This document shows, piece by piece, positions 1-12,743 of a stretch of 64,000 bases of DNA (its first letter is position 1; the number at the start of each line of letters is the position of its first letter). Source of the stretch: Octopus vulgaris (lineage: Eukaryota); assembly GCA_951406725.2 (NCBI GenBank), contig OX597816.1, positions 74,834,001 through 74,898,000 of the forward strand, given 5' to 3'. The notes under the pieces were generated by a model. The model searched no databases, was not told the origin of the DNA, and saw only the letters and a list, made by a program, of their open reading frames with translations. The translations under genes and the position numbers were made by a program.

Positions 1-440
1 CTGCAGTTACTCTATCCAGATTACATGTTCAGGTTTATACCTGTAATTATTGGAGCCCTGGGATATATAACACACTGCCTAAATACCAATCTTGAGAAAT
101 TAAGCTCCTCAAAACCAGAAAGGAGAAAGCTAATTCGAAGACTACACATCCAATCCATTACTGGAACTGTAACAATCTGTAAAACTTTCCAGAAGTTTAT
201 CATTTAAATATATATGAGCATGTCTAGATATGCAACTATATGCATGTGAATACATACATAAAACATACAAATCTGCACCCACATACATACATACATACAT
301 ACATACAAACAAAAATACCCTGTTGCTGATGTTGAAATTCCAATGAAGGCCCTTGGATCTAGGTTAGAAACCAGCTCTTTCTCTATTGGCAAGAAGTCTT
401 GAAATGAAACTGAACAATGACGTACATACATACATACATA
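1..440 (+). mobile_element. 3' end of R4/Dong-like (restriction-like endonuclease) non-LTR retrotransposon: C-terminal ORF 1-207 plus 3' UTR ending in (CATA)n
   Basis: Frame open from base 1: LQLLYPDYMFRFIPVIIGALG...LHIQSITGTVTICKTF*. The IPVIIGALG...GT..I motif is typical of REL-clade C-termini. The 3' UTR recurs at 48042-48312. Confidence 0.7.
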
Positions 441-1330
441 GAAGAAATGCTAATTATGTAGTCAAGGTAAGCAGTGATTGCCCAGACTAAAACTGTAACA
501 TTTAAATTATTTAAATGCTAGTTTACTCACTACAGTCCTTTTATGTGCTTACTACAAAATTTTACAACTGCTTACGCCGGCGTCGCACATAATCAGGTCT
601 AATTTCGATATTGATTTCCTGTCATGAAGTAAAAACTCCCAAAGTCATTTCAGGGTTGTCTCTCTTGCAGTACACGTTGCTGATGATAGCCAGTTAACTA
701 GAAATACATTTACCGTTCCACAAGAGAGTGCCATGAAATGACTGTTGGTGTTTTCAACACCCATTGCCAAAAACGAGAATTTTCTCAATGCCAAATAGCA
801 GTGAATACGGCATTTTTTTAGATCAAATACGTCCTATACACATTCTAACTGATCTAAATGTTTATTTAAATGATTAAAGCTATAAATGATTTTCAGATAC
901 CGAATACCAAGCATTTAATGCACGGTATTCGATGTACAACTCAGTAAATTGCCTCTATATTTATATGAGAAAGGCACAACTCCCCCTACCTTTCAAGTTC
1001 AATGTATATAATATGAGAGGAACTATAAAAAACACTGTGATCTCTAGAATTATAGTTGCTATGAAGGCAGGGATTATCTTACCTTCATTTTAAGTCAATG
1101 CAGAAGGAGGAGTGCCTGTGCGTTTGTGTGTTTGCGTGCGTGAGGTAGTGTCATATTGCATGTATTTTACACTGAGCTTAAGCTATGTTACGTTATATTG
1201 CGCCTGTGTTTGCATAAATTAATTGAGCTAATTTTCAGAAACGCTTATTTTATTTCTTAAGTGTATTGATAAAACTAATAATAAATATGCATTTTAGTGT
1301 GTATGTATACACACACAAATACACGCATAC

Positions 1331-1361
<31 letters not shown>

Positions 1362-2285
1362 CATACATATATATATATACATACATACATATATATACAT
1401 ACATACATATACATACATATATATATACATACATACATATACATACATACATATACATACATACATATACATACATACATATATATATATATATATGTAT
1501 ATGTATATATATATATGTATGTATGTATTTATGTATGTATTTATGTATGTATTTATGTATGTATATATGTTTGTATGTATGGAGAGAGTAAGAGAAACAG
1601 GGATAGAGAGAGAGAGGGAGGGAATAACAAAATAAAATGTGTGGGTTGTATGTACGAACTCCTCTAAAAAAATAGCGTAAACAACATTATATATGCTACA
1701 TGGAACTTTGTATATATAACAGTATTTATGTTTGTTTAAATGTATATGAACATACAACCTACTGAACTTTATATGTATAGGCAGTATATAATATGTATGA
1801 GTGTACAAAGGTATGTGTGTATATGTATGTATGTATGTATATATATATGTATATATATATGTGTGTGTATGTATGTGTGTGTGCGAAGGTATCCATACGC
1901 ACACCACATACGCGGTCATACTCCTTTTGCACTGAAATACAAAAATAAAAAAATGTATAACTCAGTACATTTCTTGTTAAAATTTTAACATATTGCCTCA
2001 TAGCGACGAAACCTTTTGTTAGCAATATATTACATTTATGCCTACATTGGTTATCAACTCAATGCATGTCTTTGGTTACACAAACATATACACACGCATC
2101 ATAAATATATATATATAATTTTAAATTCGGGCATACACCCAGTAGTATGCCGTTTAAAGCCCGTTCATAGTTTTCGGCTACCTCTCATCAACAGTATGGA
2201 GGTATAAATCACCAGTGCACGATGGGTCGAAACGATCGTGGTGAATAACAAAGAGTCTCGTAAATTCCATTTTCATTCTCTCATA

Positions 2286-2356
<71 letters not shown>

Positions 2357-2499
2357 ATATATATATATATATATATACATATCCTTGTTATCATGTTAAA
2401 CCGTCGTATGTCCAAATTTGGCCAAATGCGTTTTATGCAATATTTATTTTTGCTTGCTATTGCGGGTTCTTTCGGTCAAACTATCGTATCTCCAGCTCC

Positions 2500-3440
2500 T
2501 TCAAGATGCCAAGATATCAAAAATTGTCAAAGCGTAGTACAACAGTTTTGCTATGGAATGGTGTCTGAAAAGACACCCACATAGATTGCACATTCGATTT
2601 GGACCACCAACAGTTACTGATCTTTGTAGATCTTAAAATGTCTTTTAAGGCCTCCGTTAGATTTTCAAACCTTCTGGCATACACTGCATTCAAAGGTGTG
2701 CACAGACATATAGGCAGAATAGTTGGTGGAGGTTCGTTTCCCGGGGGTTCGCAAATGAGATTTGAGCCTAGTAAAAGAAAAGCATGGTCTATCGCAAACT
2801 GTGCACACAAAAAGGCCATCGTCATTCACCTTCTCGATCGTAACATTCTTCCTTAGATCTCTTTTGGGTCTTACATGCGTTATCCTGGCCTCTTCAAATG
2901 CTTTCACTCCACTCCACAATTTGTTCGCCATCCAACTCGATCCGAAGCAAGAGTTTCTATATCGTCTGGATCCACTCCAAGTGACTTCATAGTAGTCCTT
3001 ATGCCGTCCTTAAACCTTTTCTTTTTTAGGTTTACGCCGATAGCGTTTCTCCTCTGCAAGCTCACCATAAAACAGCTGTTTCGGCGTGTGTTCATCCGCC
3101 ATTCGAACAATATGGCCACACCACCTCATTTGGTTCATCAAAATAATACCTTTAATTGAGATGATGCCTGCAGATGCAAGGACATCTGTGTTTGGAATAA
3201 AAGGACTACATTTAATGTTTAAAATGTGATTAAGGCATTTTTGGGTAGAATTGTTCTAACAGTTTAAAAGTCCAAGTTTCACAAGAATACAACACGTTGA
3301 GTAAGACAAATGATTTGTAAAGAGCCAGCTTTGTATTCTTATTTATATGTCGCTGGCACCAAACGCGTGACTCCAAGCCACCAAATGCTTCTGCTGCTCT
3401 TTGAATTCGCAGATGTATTTCTGTATCAAGATTTCCAAGA
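2500..3440 (-). mobile_element. Decayed 5'-truncated RTE LINE fragment, same family as 49225-52900
   Basis: KRFKDGIRTTMKSLGVDPDDIETLASDRVGWR; FVCTVCDRPCFSFTRLKSHLR; clear nucleotide similarity to 49330-50220. Confidence 0.85.
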
Positions 3441-4029
3441 TGATATATATATATGTTAAATTAGGCAGCAGTTTAACAATGTAACACCAAAAAGGAAAAT
3501 TGTAATTGTCAAAAAAAAAAAAAAAAAGATAAGTATCGGTGGCGATTTGTTTGCCTATATCCTTCAATGACTGGAACAAATAAATGATATCCTTCAATGA
3601 CTGGAACAAATAAATGATAAATGGTAAAAAAAAAAAAACAAGCGACAGCACCCCACCTCCAAGACAAAGCCAAAAGCAAAAGACAACAACAAAACAAAAT
3701 ACAAAACAAAGCAAAACAAAAACAATCTACTTTTAGTGTAAGGACAATCACGTCCGGAAATCTGGTATAATGTTTGTTAGGTATATAGTTTCATGCAAAA
3801 GATGATTTCTTTTTCGGTGCAACGAACAAATTTCTCAAGTTACATGTTCTAATAGCAAATCCACTTGGTTAGGTACAAATGTTCTAAATCTAAACAAAAA
3901 CGCCACATTCTTTTACACTGACTTTATTCACATCAGTAAGTTTTTGTTAAATAGACATTATTAAACAAAACTGTCAAGACGAAGCCTGTCTAACGAGTGC
4001 TTCTAATAGAATTTACTACTAGATTATAT

Positions 4030-4102
4030 ATGCTTACACACCCACATGTATGCTTATGTATGTGTACGTACATATGTATACATGTTTGCATGCATATATA
4101 TG

Positions 4103-4185
<83 letters not shown>

Positions 4186-4318
4186 ATATATATATATATT
4201 TATATATGTATATATGTATGTATATATATATATGTATATACGTATGTATATATATATGTAGGTATATATATGTATATATATATGTGTATATATATATGTG
4301 TGTATATATATATGTAGG

Positions 4319-4387
<69 letters not shown>

Positions 4388-4577
4388 AAATATATATGTA
4401 TATATGTATATATATATGTATGTATATATAAGTATATATGTATATATATATATGTATATATGTATATATATGTATGTATATATGTATATATATGTATATA
4501 TGTATATATATAAGTATATATGTATATATGTGTATATATATATGTGTGTATATATGTGTATATATATATTGTGTGTG

Positions 4578-4622
<45 letters not shown>

Positions 4623-4690
4623 GCATATGTTATATATATATATATATATGTGTATATATATATGCATATATATATATATATGCATATATG

Positions 4691-4725
<35 letters not shown>

Positions 4726-4868
4726 ATATATATGTATAAATATGCATATGTATATATATATATATGCATATATGTATATATATATATGTATAAATATGCA
4801 TATGTATATATATATATGCATATATGTATATATATATATGTATAAATTTGCATATGTATATATATATA

Positions 4869-4959
<91 letters not shown>

Positions 4960-5089
4960 CTGTCTTTCCCTGTTTTGTACATACATAAACATATATACAT
5001 ATAAACATCTGTGTATATAGGGGTATGTTTGTGTGTGTTTGTGCATGTGTATGCGTGAGAGGGAGAGAAAGAGAGAGAGAGATAGCTAG

Positions 5090-5185
<96 letters not shown>

Positions 5186-5190
5186 AGGGA
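4030..5190. repeat. Compound microsatellite (TA/TG/GA); largest of many similar tracts in the window
   Basis: Directly visible dinucleotide runs. Confidence 0.97.
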
Positions 5191-5487
5191 GGGCCTGTGT
5201 TTGTGTGCATAAGTTTCACGAATATCATTGAGTACGAAATTGGTTTCCGATATTTAGGACGCGGTATTTCTAACAAGGTAATGCAGATGCGTAGTAATTG
5301 AAACAGAAGTAAAGACAACGAGAAACAATAGAAAAATTATGGACGATATATATTCTACATATTTATGTATATATACATATATGTGCGTGTGTATGTTGGT
5401 GTATGTAATATGTATACATATGTATGTGTGTGACAACCGCACGATTCTCTGAACCTATATTTTATACTACTCTTTTATGCATATATA

Positions 5488-5712
5488 TTGGGTTGTCCGG
5501 AAAGTTCGTTCCGATCTATAGTAGCTTACCTTTCGACTTACCCTCCCAGGCACCTCAACTCTGGGAAGAGGGTATTTTCAAGTGAAAGAAAAGATGGAGA
5601 CGCATTGTGCAACAAAATGGTTCATATTTGGTTGATTAAAAATGTAATGGCAAGTATTTATTGACATTTTTCTTTGCTTTAAAAACCGGCACGAACTTTC
5701 CGGACAACCCGA
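5488..5712 (+). mobile_element. Mariner internal-deletion derivative (MITE), same family as 36333-36898
   Basis: TIR ttgggttgtccggaaagttcg / cgaactttccggacaaccc, TA flanks; retains the transposase C-terminal tail. Confidence 0.9.
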
Positions 5713-5739
5713 TATATATATATACATATATACATATAC

Positions 5740-5803
<64 letters not shown>

Positions 5804-5805
5804 CA

Positions 5806-5877
<72 letters not shown>

Positions 5878-6769
5878 ATATATGCACATACACGTATATA
5901 TATTGTTAATGTGTTTGGTTACCAACATTCGCCTCACCTGAAGCAGATTTGGAGTAGAGAGGATATATCATTGAGAGAGGGCATACCATTGCTTGACGAA
6001 CAATAAATCAAACTATCAGTTAATTGGTTAAATGGTTAAGAAGTTGACGAATAATAATAAAAGCAATACCGGCTATCCCGTATTCTCTTGAACTAATGAA
6101 TCGAGTGTGGTTATGAACACATCTTCGTCGTAAAAAAGGAGCTGGTTCCTTGTTATGAATCTCAACAGTGATAGAGACTGAATGTTTGAAAAATCTAAAA
6201 AAGAATGATAAAACTTGTACATCGTCGTATATTAAACGAAACGGACATAAAAGAAAATCTACTTCCCATATATACGATATAACAGCTAAAAATGAAAACT
6301 GTATCACGAAATTCTGGGAAGAATTAATTGAATAGCAGAGTGGCAACTGAAGAGATCGGAATATAGAAGCCGAAATTATACACTTAATCAAAGAAATTGA
6401 TTATCAACGCTTGATTACTAATGCATGAAGCTAACGGCAAAAATCTTTTGGTGGGAAAGTCTATGCGAAGTCAGTTGGTATGTAAGAAACGGCAGAGACG
6501 CCAAATATGCAATTTTTGAAAATGAGACTGTGAAGAACTGGAAGTGTCGAATATGAATGTAGGAACTCTACTGTCCGAAACCAGCTGTAGAAAACTATTA
6601 AGGAAATATGAAAAGAGGAATCAGATAAAACTTGAGCATAATAAGTCTGTATCTAATGAAACACACTCACACCGCATACATACACATATACACCAACTAT
6701 GTTCAGTGCTACTTTCGTTTCGTTTGTTCACTCACTACATACATATATATAAACATACACACATGTCAT

Positions 6770-6965
6770 TAAAATGACAGGTGTTAGAAACCCCTACAAT
6801 GCGAAAAATAAGAGCTAAAGTGCTCTGATGCTGCAATCAACGCACACAATTCTATACATACTGACAGCGACCGTAAGCGGCCGAAAGCAGTTCAGCAATG
6901 TAGCATCAAAAAGGAAAATTGTAATTGTCATTAAAAATTAAGAAGGTGTTAGAAACACAATGTTA
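6770..6965. repeat. Short dispersed repeat, possibly a Penelope pLTR type; other copies ~3455-3510 and 41580-41795
   Basis: Shared gtgctctgatgctgc..atactgacagcgaccgtaa..ccgaaag and caatgta..caaaaaggaaaa..ttgtca blocks. Confidence 0.65.
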
Positions 6966-7002
6966 GAAATAATAATAATTTTTTGGTAATTATTTTACAG
7001 GT

Positions 7003-7167
7003 TTCTTTTGTGAAACCGCTGTTACGGGGACGTAAACAAACCCACCACCGGTTGTCAAGTGGTGGTGAAGAACAAACACAACAGACACACACATATATAT
7101 ATATATATATGTCTGTATATACATATATGTGTATATGTGTATATATATATATGTGTGTATGTGTGTA

Positions 7168-7200
<33 letters not shown>

Positions 7201-7213
7201 ATGTGTGTATGTG

Positions 7214-7273
<60 letters not shown>

Positions 7274-7466
7274 TGTATGTATGTATACACACTTACACAC
7301 AACAGGTTACGAGTTTCTTTCAGTTTCCGTCTACCACATTCCATCACAAGGCGTTTGTCGGTCCGAAGCTATAGAAGAAGATACTTGCCCAAAGAGGCCG
7401 TACAGTGGGACTGAACTCACAACCACATGGCTGGGAAGCAAACATCTTAACAACACAGCCTCGCCT
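7003..7466 (-). mobile_element. tRNA-derived SINE family A (internal microsatellite)
   Basis: Matches the family A copies at 8905, 27268, 37275 and 47165. Confidence 0.8.
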
Positions 7467-8004
7467 ATATTTTGTTGGTTTGTTGGGTTTTTTTTTTCTT
7501 ATAATGTATTTTTATTTTAAGCATTCAGTTCTTATCGATGTTGTTATTATTAAGCCCATTTCAGACCTGATCGAACAAGCTTATGCTCAATGACATCCCA
7601 GTTGTGACCTTGCCGTCTTTACAGGGGCAAGTTTAAGTGTATATTATCAAATGTGTCCTCTCCTTAGTTTAGAGACACAGGATGTTATTTTCGATGAAGA
7701 GTTGGTTGCCATTTCTACTATGTTGGGCAACCACATAGAGACTCGCTGATTCCATTATTCAATGAACAAATGGAACTGGATTGGCAGGAGCGGTAGAGGA
7801 ACAAAAGAGCGAAATTTGTTTTGCGTTATCTCTGAAGATGAATCCACTTTTAGAGAAAGAAGGCAGAACATGTAGGAGTGAGTGATAGGATGTGTGTCTG
7901 TGCGCTATGTGTGTGTGAGAGAGAGAAAGAGAGGAAGGGAGAGAGAGTGCATCAATGTGTGTGTGTGTGTTCTCAGTAATATTGGATGCTATACAGATAG
8001 ATAA

Positions 8005-8612
8005 TATTGATCTCAAATTATGGCACAATGCCAGCAATTTCGGGGGAGGGTATAAGCCGATTACATCGACCCCATTGCTCAACTGGTACAAATTTTATCA
8101 ACCCTGAAAGGATGAAAAGCAAATTCGACCTCGAAAGAATTTCAACTCAGAATGTAAAGATGGACGACATGCCGCTAAGTATTTGGCCCAGCGCGCTAAC
8201 GATTATACCAGCTCACCGCGTTAACACAGATAATATTCTTTTCTACTCTTGGCACAGGGTCAGAAATTTTTGAGGAAGGAGCCTGTCGATTAGATCGACC
8301 TCAGTACGCAACTAGTACTTAATTTATCGACCCCGAAAAGACGAAAGGCAAAGTAAACCTCGGCAGAATTTAAACTGAGAAAAACTAACGAAATACCTAT
8401 TTATTTACTACTCACAAGGGGCTAAACACAGAGAGGACAGACAAACGGATTAAGTCAATTACATCGACCCCAGTGCGTGACTGGTATTTATTTAATCGAT
8501 CCCGAAAGGATGAAAGGCAAAGTCGATCTCGGCGGAATTTGAACTCGGAACGAAATACCTCTAAGCATTTCGCCCGGCGTGCTATAACGTTTCTGCACAG
8601 CTCGCCGCCTTG
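8005..8612 (-). mobile_element. Tandem cluster of SINE family B (atcgaccccagt..gaaaggcaaagtcgacctcggcgg)
   Basis: Three consecutive partial units; minus-strand head ggcggcgagctg with gttcaaattcc B-box-like motif. Confidence 0.85.
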
Positions 8613-8904
8613 TGAGTCTGAAAATACTATTATGATTAAAGCAAATGTTAATGATACATAAAACTACACAATACACCAAGTAGAATAAATATTTATATTC
8701 TACACCAAGTAGAATAAATATATTATATTGTAAGTTGACTATATTTGCATTACTTCAGTTTTGTTACAGGATTGACAATCGCCAGATGGTGCATCAATAT
8801 TATAGTATAATATATCCGTTAACACTGGAAATGTTTCTTTCTCAACACACACACACACAGACTTACACAGACATATATATATCATATATACATATATATT
8901 ATTT

Positions 8905-9300
8905 TCTTTTATTTGTTTCAGTCATTTGACTGCGGCCATGCAGGAGTACCGCCTTCAGTCGAACAAATCGACCTCACGGTTTATTCTTTGTAAGCCTAGT
9001 ACTTATTCTGTCGGCATCTTTTGCCGAACAGCTAAGTTACGGTGACGTAAACGCACCAAAATCGGTTGTCAAGCGATGGTGGGGGACAAAGACAGACACG
9101 CAAACATTTACATATATATGTGCGCGTGTGTGTGTGTGTATACGACAGGCTTCTTTCAGTTTCTGTCTACCAAATCCACTCACAACGCTTTGGTCAGCCC
9201 AAGGCTATACTAGAAAACACTTGCCCAAGGTGCCACGCAGTGGGACTGAGGCCGGAACCATGTGGTTGGTAAGCAACTACTTACCACACAGTCACTCCTG
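8905..9300 (-). mobile_element. tRNA-derived SINE family A
   Basis: gtttcagtcatttgactgcggccatg...ttaccacacagtcactcctg; A/B-box-like head on the minus strand. Confidence 0.85.
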
Positions 9301-10282
9301 TATGCATATGTATATATACACACATACATATATGAATATGCATTCAAATATGCATACACACACATTCACATATATATATCATATGTATATGTATGCATTT
9401 ATATATATATATATATATATATATATGCATATGTATATATACAAACAGACATGTAAGTATATGTATTCATGTATGCATACACACGCATACATATGCATGT
9501 ATACATACACGCACACATACATAACTTAACAAAAATGAGCAACACGATCACACCTTAATTCGTTTAGTCTTGGCATTTATTTATTTATTCAATGAGAGTG
9601 CTCCACAAATAATAAGGCTGTTGACGGGGGCTACGCCTAGTGTTTATACGAAGGAATTATAAACGTAAAGAATGGAATCCGCATATATTTTTATTCTTTT
9701 ATGTGTTGCCGCCTGAAGGCTGTGGCCATGTTGGGACACCGCCAGTAATACATACATGAAGAAAAAGTAAATACACATATATTTACCTTACGTATTCAAC
9801 ATTGGTACTTAGCATCTTCACGTTTTAATTCGCCTAAATATGAGGCATATTATCTACAATATGCTCAATTATTAATTAGCTATGTTATCGTTATCTTTTG
9901 CTTGTTACCGTCATTGGAATGCGGCCATAATGCAACACAGCCTTGAAGGGTTTTAGTCGAACAAACCGACTCCAGTATACTTTTTTTTCCAAGTGCGGTA
10001 TTTTGTCTATCAATCGCCGAGCCACTAGTTTACGGGGGTGTAAACAAAGCAAGCAGTTGTCAAAGGGTGTGGATCCAGACACACACATACATACACATGC
10101 ATATATGCGTGTATATATATATATATAAATCAATAAATGGTGGGGTTGTGTTGACCGCACGTGGAGAAATGATAGGCAAGGAAAAATTATAAAAAGGCAG
10201 AATGCTAGATTGAAGGTAAATTTCAATGAAAATGGGTGCATGGAAAATTTTTTAAATTAAAAAAAAATATATATATATTAAT

Positions 10283-10320
10283 TCAAACTGGTTTTCGTCG
10301 CAATGCGACTTTTCAAGAAA
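10283..10320 (-). ncRNA. Hammerhead-like motif, U3-A8 core variant
   Basis: Minus strand: ttc UUGAAAA GUCGC auu GCGAC GAAA accagu UU gaa. Confidence 0.55.
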
Positions 10321-10542
10321 TGTAAGGTGAAAAGAAATTTTTTTATGATTGAGGAGGGGGAAAAAAGAAAATTACATTGTTCTTTGCAAAAAAATAATAA
10401 ACATGGGAGATGTACTGGCATAGCAAGTGACTTGGTCTGAGATCGTGTGCTGGAACGAAAACAATTTCAGCGTGGAAGGTGTTTATAAGCCATTTAAGAA
10501 ACACACAAAAACCGTTAGATTCACTTCAACATTTAAATTTAA

Positions 10543-10594
10543 TTTGTTAAAATATTTTTGTTGCTTTGAGACCGCGACCTGTTCACTGACAAAA
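10543..10594 (-). ncRNA. Decayed hammerhead-like motif, G3-C8 core variant
   Basis: Minus strand: tttgtca GUGAACA g GUCGC ggucucaaa GCAAC AAAA AUAU UU taacaaa. Two CpG-type reversions restore GCGAC GAAA. Confidence 0.45.
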
Positions 10595-10770
10595 TTTGTC
10601 ACCATTTTATATTTTTTATTTCGCACATGCTCATTTCTGTTATTGATTTTTTTTTACTACACAGTAGAGTAGGATCAGCATGCGCAAATGAAGACATACA
10701 ATAGGAATACAAAATACAAAATGGCTGGCCGTTAGTAAGGAGAGAGACACACAAATAAGAAAGAAGTAAA

Positions 10771-10815
10771 GGACCACTGATGAGGTCACAGAAGTGTGAT
10801 GAAAGAACTCTGGCC
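10771..10815 (+). ncRNA. Type I hammerhead ribozyme motif
   Basis: ggacca CUGAUGA g GUCACA gaag UGUGAU GAAA gaac UC uggcc. Confidence 0.65.
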
Positions 10816-11428
10816 GAAATAAGATTAAGATTAAATAAATAACGCTGAAGCAAATTAGCACCAAATATATAGTGCGTGTGTTTTTATTGGCTAAACTGGG
10901 AAAATGACCATTCCTAAATACAACAACATATATATATATATATACACTATAGGGTTCTTTCAGTTTCCCTCTACAAGTACCACTCACAAGGCTATTGTCG
11001 GCCCGGGGCTATAGTAGAAGATACATGCCCAAGGTACCACGCAGTGGAACTGAACATGAAGCAATGTGGTTGGGAAGCAAACGACTTACCCCTCAGCTGT
11101 TCCTGCGCCCAAGCAGTAGGATAATTTACCATAATTATGAGAAAATGTCGAACTTCTTCATTTGTCTTAATATAGAATAAAGTTTAAGAAACCAGAAATT
11201 ATTATACAAAGCAAATATATACATAATACCGGCCATATTGAAATCCGTTTAAGTTCCGTAGTAATTCCAAGTATTTGTTTAGAATTAATACACCTTCCTC
11301 CGAAAGCTTTGTTGTTTTAAGGACGACTGGTGCAGAGATAAATGAGCACACACACACACACACAAACACACACACCTACATACACAAATACACACTACAG
11401 ACAAACACACTACAGACAAACATATATA

Positions 11429-11466
<38 letters not shown>

Positions 11467-11549
11467 TACATACATGCATACATACATACGTAATACATGC
11501 ATACATATAAACGTATATATATACAGATAGTTAGATAGATGGGTACATG

Positions 11550-11613
<64 letters not shown>

Positions 11614-11794
11614 CTCATACTTATCTCATACAGACACAGACACACATATACACATATATATGCACATGTGCGTGTATGCGTGCGCATTTATGTATGTATA
11701 CATAGCTACAGATATATATACATATAAATATACAATATATACATATATATATATATATACACACACCTACATACATGATTATATAATTGTATAC

Positions 11795-11866
<72 letters not shown>

Positions 11867-11868
<2 letters not shown>

Positions 11869-12374
11869 CCTATCTGGCGACGTCGATGTTCGCCTGGGGC
11901 TAAATGCAACAGTAACACCCCCCACCACCCTGCCCTGTCCCTAGCCATATTCCGATGGCTTTAGTCCCTTATGTTATGGAGCAGTTACTGTATATATCTT
12001 ATTTAGAGAATTATTATTGCTGTCGAACAGATTTTCGAAATCAGCAGATGTATTTTGCTTGAAAATCTATATATGAATATCCTGCAGAGTGAGATTTCGT
12101 CGAGGAAGCGGGGGCCTACCACACGTTGATGATAGGCAATACACCTTGAAACCATGGTCCGTGTGTGGTTTCCGCTTCATCGGGGAATTATCTCCCTTTG
12201 CAGGTTACCGTGATGGTGTCAAGCCTATCTGGCGACGTCGATGTTCGCCTGGGGCTAAATGCAACAGTAACACCCCCACCACCCTGCCCTGTCCCTAGCC
12301 ATATTCAGATGGCTTTAGTCCCTTATGTTATGGAGCAGTTACTGTATATATCTCATTTAGAGAATTATTATTGC

Positions 12375-12375
<1 letters not shown>
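11867..12375 (+). mobile_element. Retrozyme-like / pLTR-like tandem unit (355-bp period, ~1.4 copies) flanked by (TA)n
   Basis: Near-identical direct repeats at 11867-12021 and 12222-12375, with a hammerhead between them. Confidence 0.75.
12118..12169 (+). ncRNA. Type I hammerhead with palindromic stem III (U3 variant)
   Basis: accacacg UUGAUGA uAGG caauaca CCUu GAAA CCAUGG UC cgugugugg. Confidence 0.7.
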
Positions 12376-12411
<36 letters not shown>

Positions 12412-12561
12412 GTATTTATGTATGTATATTGCTAGAAATGGTAAGACAACAAAAGAATGAGACCTCGATATTATGTATATAGAGGTATTTATGTTGTCAC
12501 ATATTTACAGATACGTATATATATATAAATGTATGTGTAAATATATATATATATATATATG

Positions 12562-12598
<37 letters not shown>

Positions 12599-12621
12599 AT
12601 GCGTATATATATACACATATA

Positions 12622-12656
<35 letters not shown>

Positions 12657-12693
12657 TTATATACGTACATGTATATATGTATACATATATGTG

Positions 12694-12743
<50 letters not shown>

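Noticed and set aside
671-741. Possible terminal exon after ttgcag (HVADDSQLTRNTFTVPQESAMK*), and a CTGATGA..GAAA motif at ~680
   Set aside because: No recognisable homology or partner exons; no stem I pairing for a hammerhead.
2165-2250. Two hammerhead-like fragments (minus ttgatga..gccgaaa; plus tcacca..gaaacgatcgtggtga)
   Set aside because: Stem II or core is broken; suggestive of decay but not supportable.
3557-3618. Exact 30-bp tandem duplication
   Set aside because: Ordinary slippage-type duplication.
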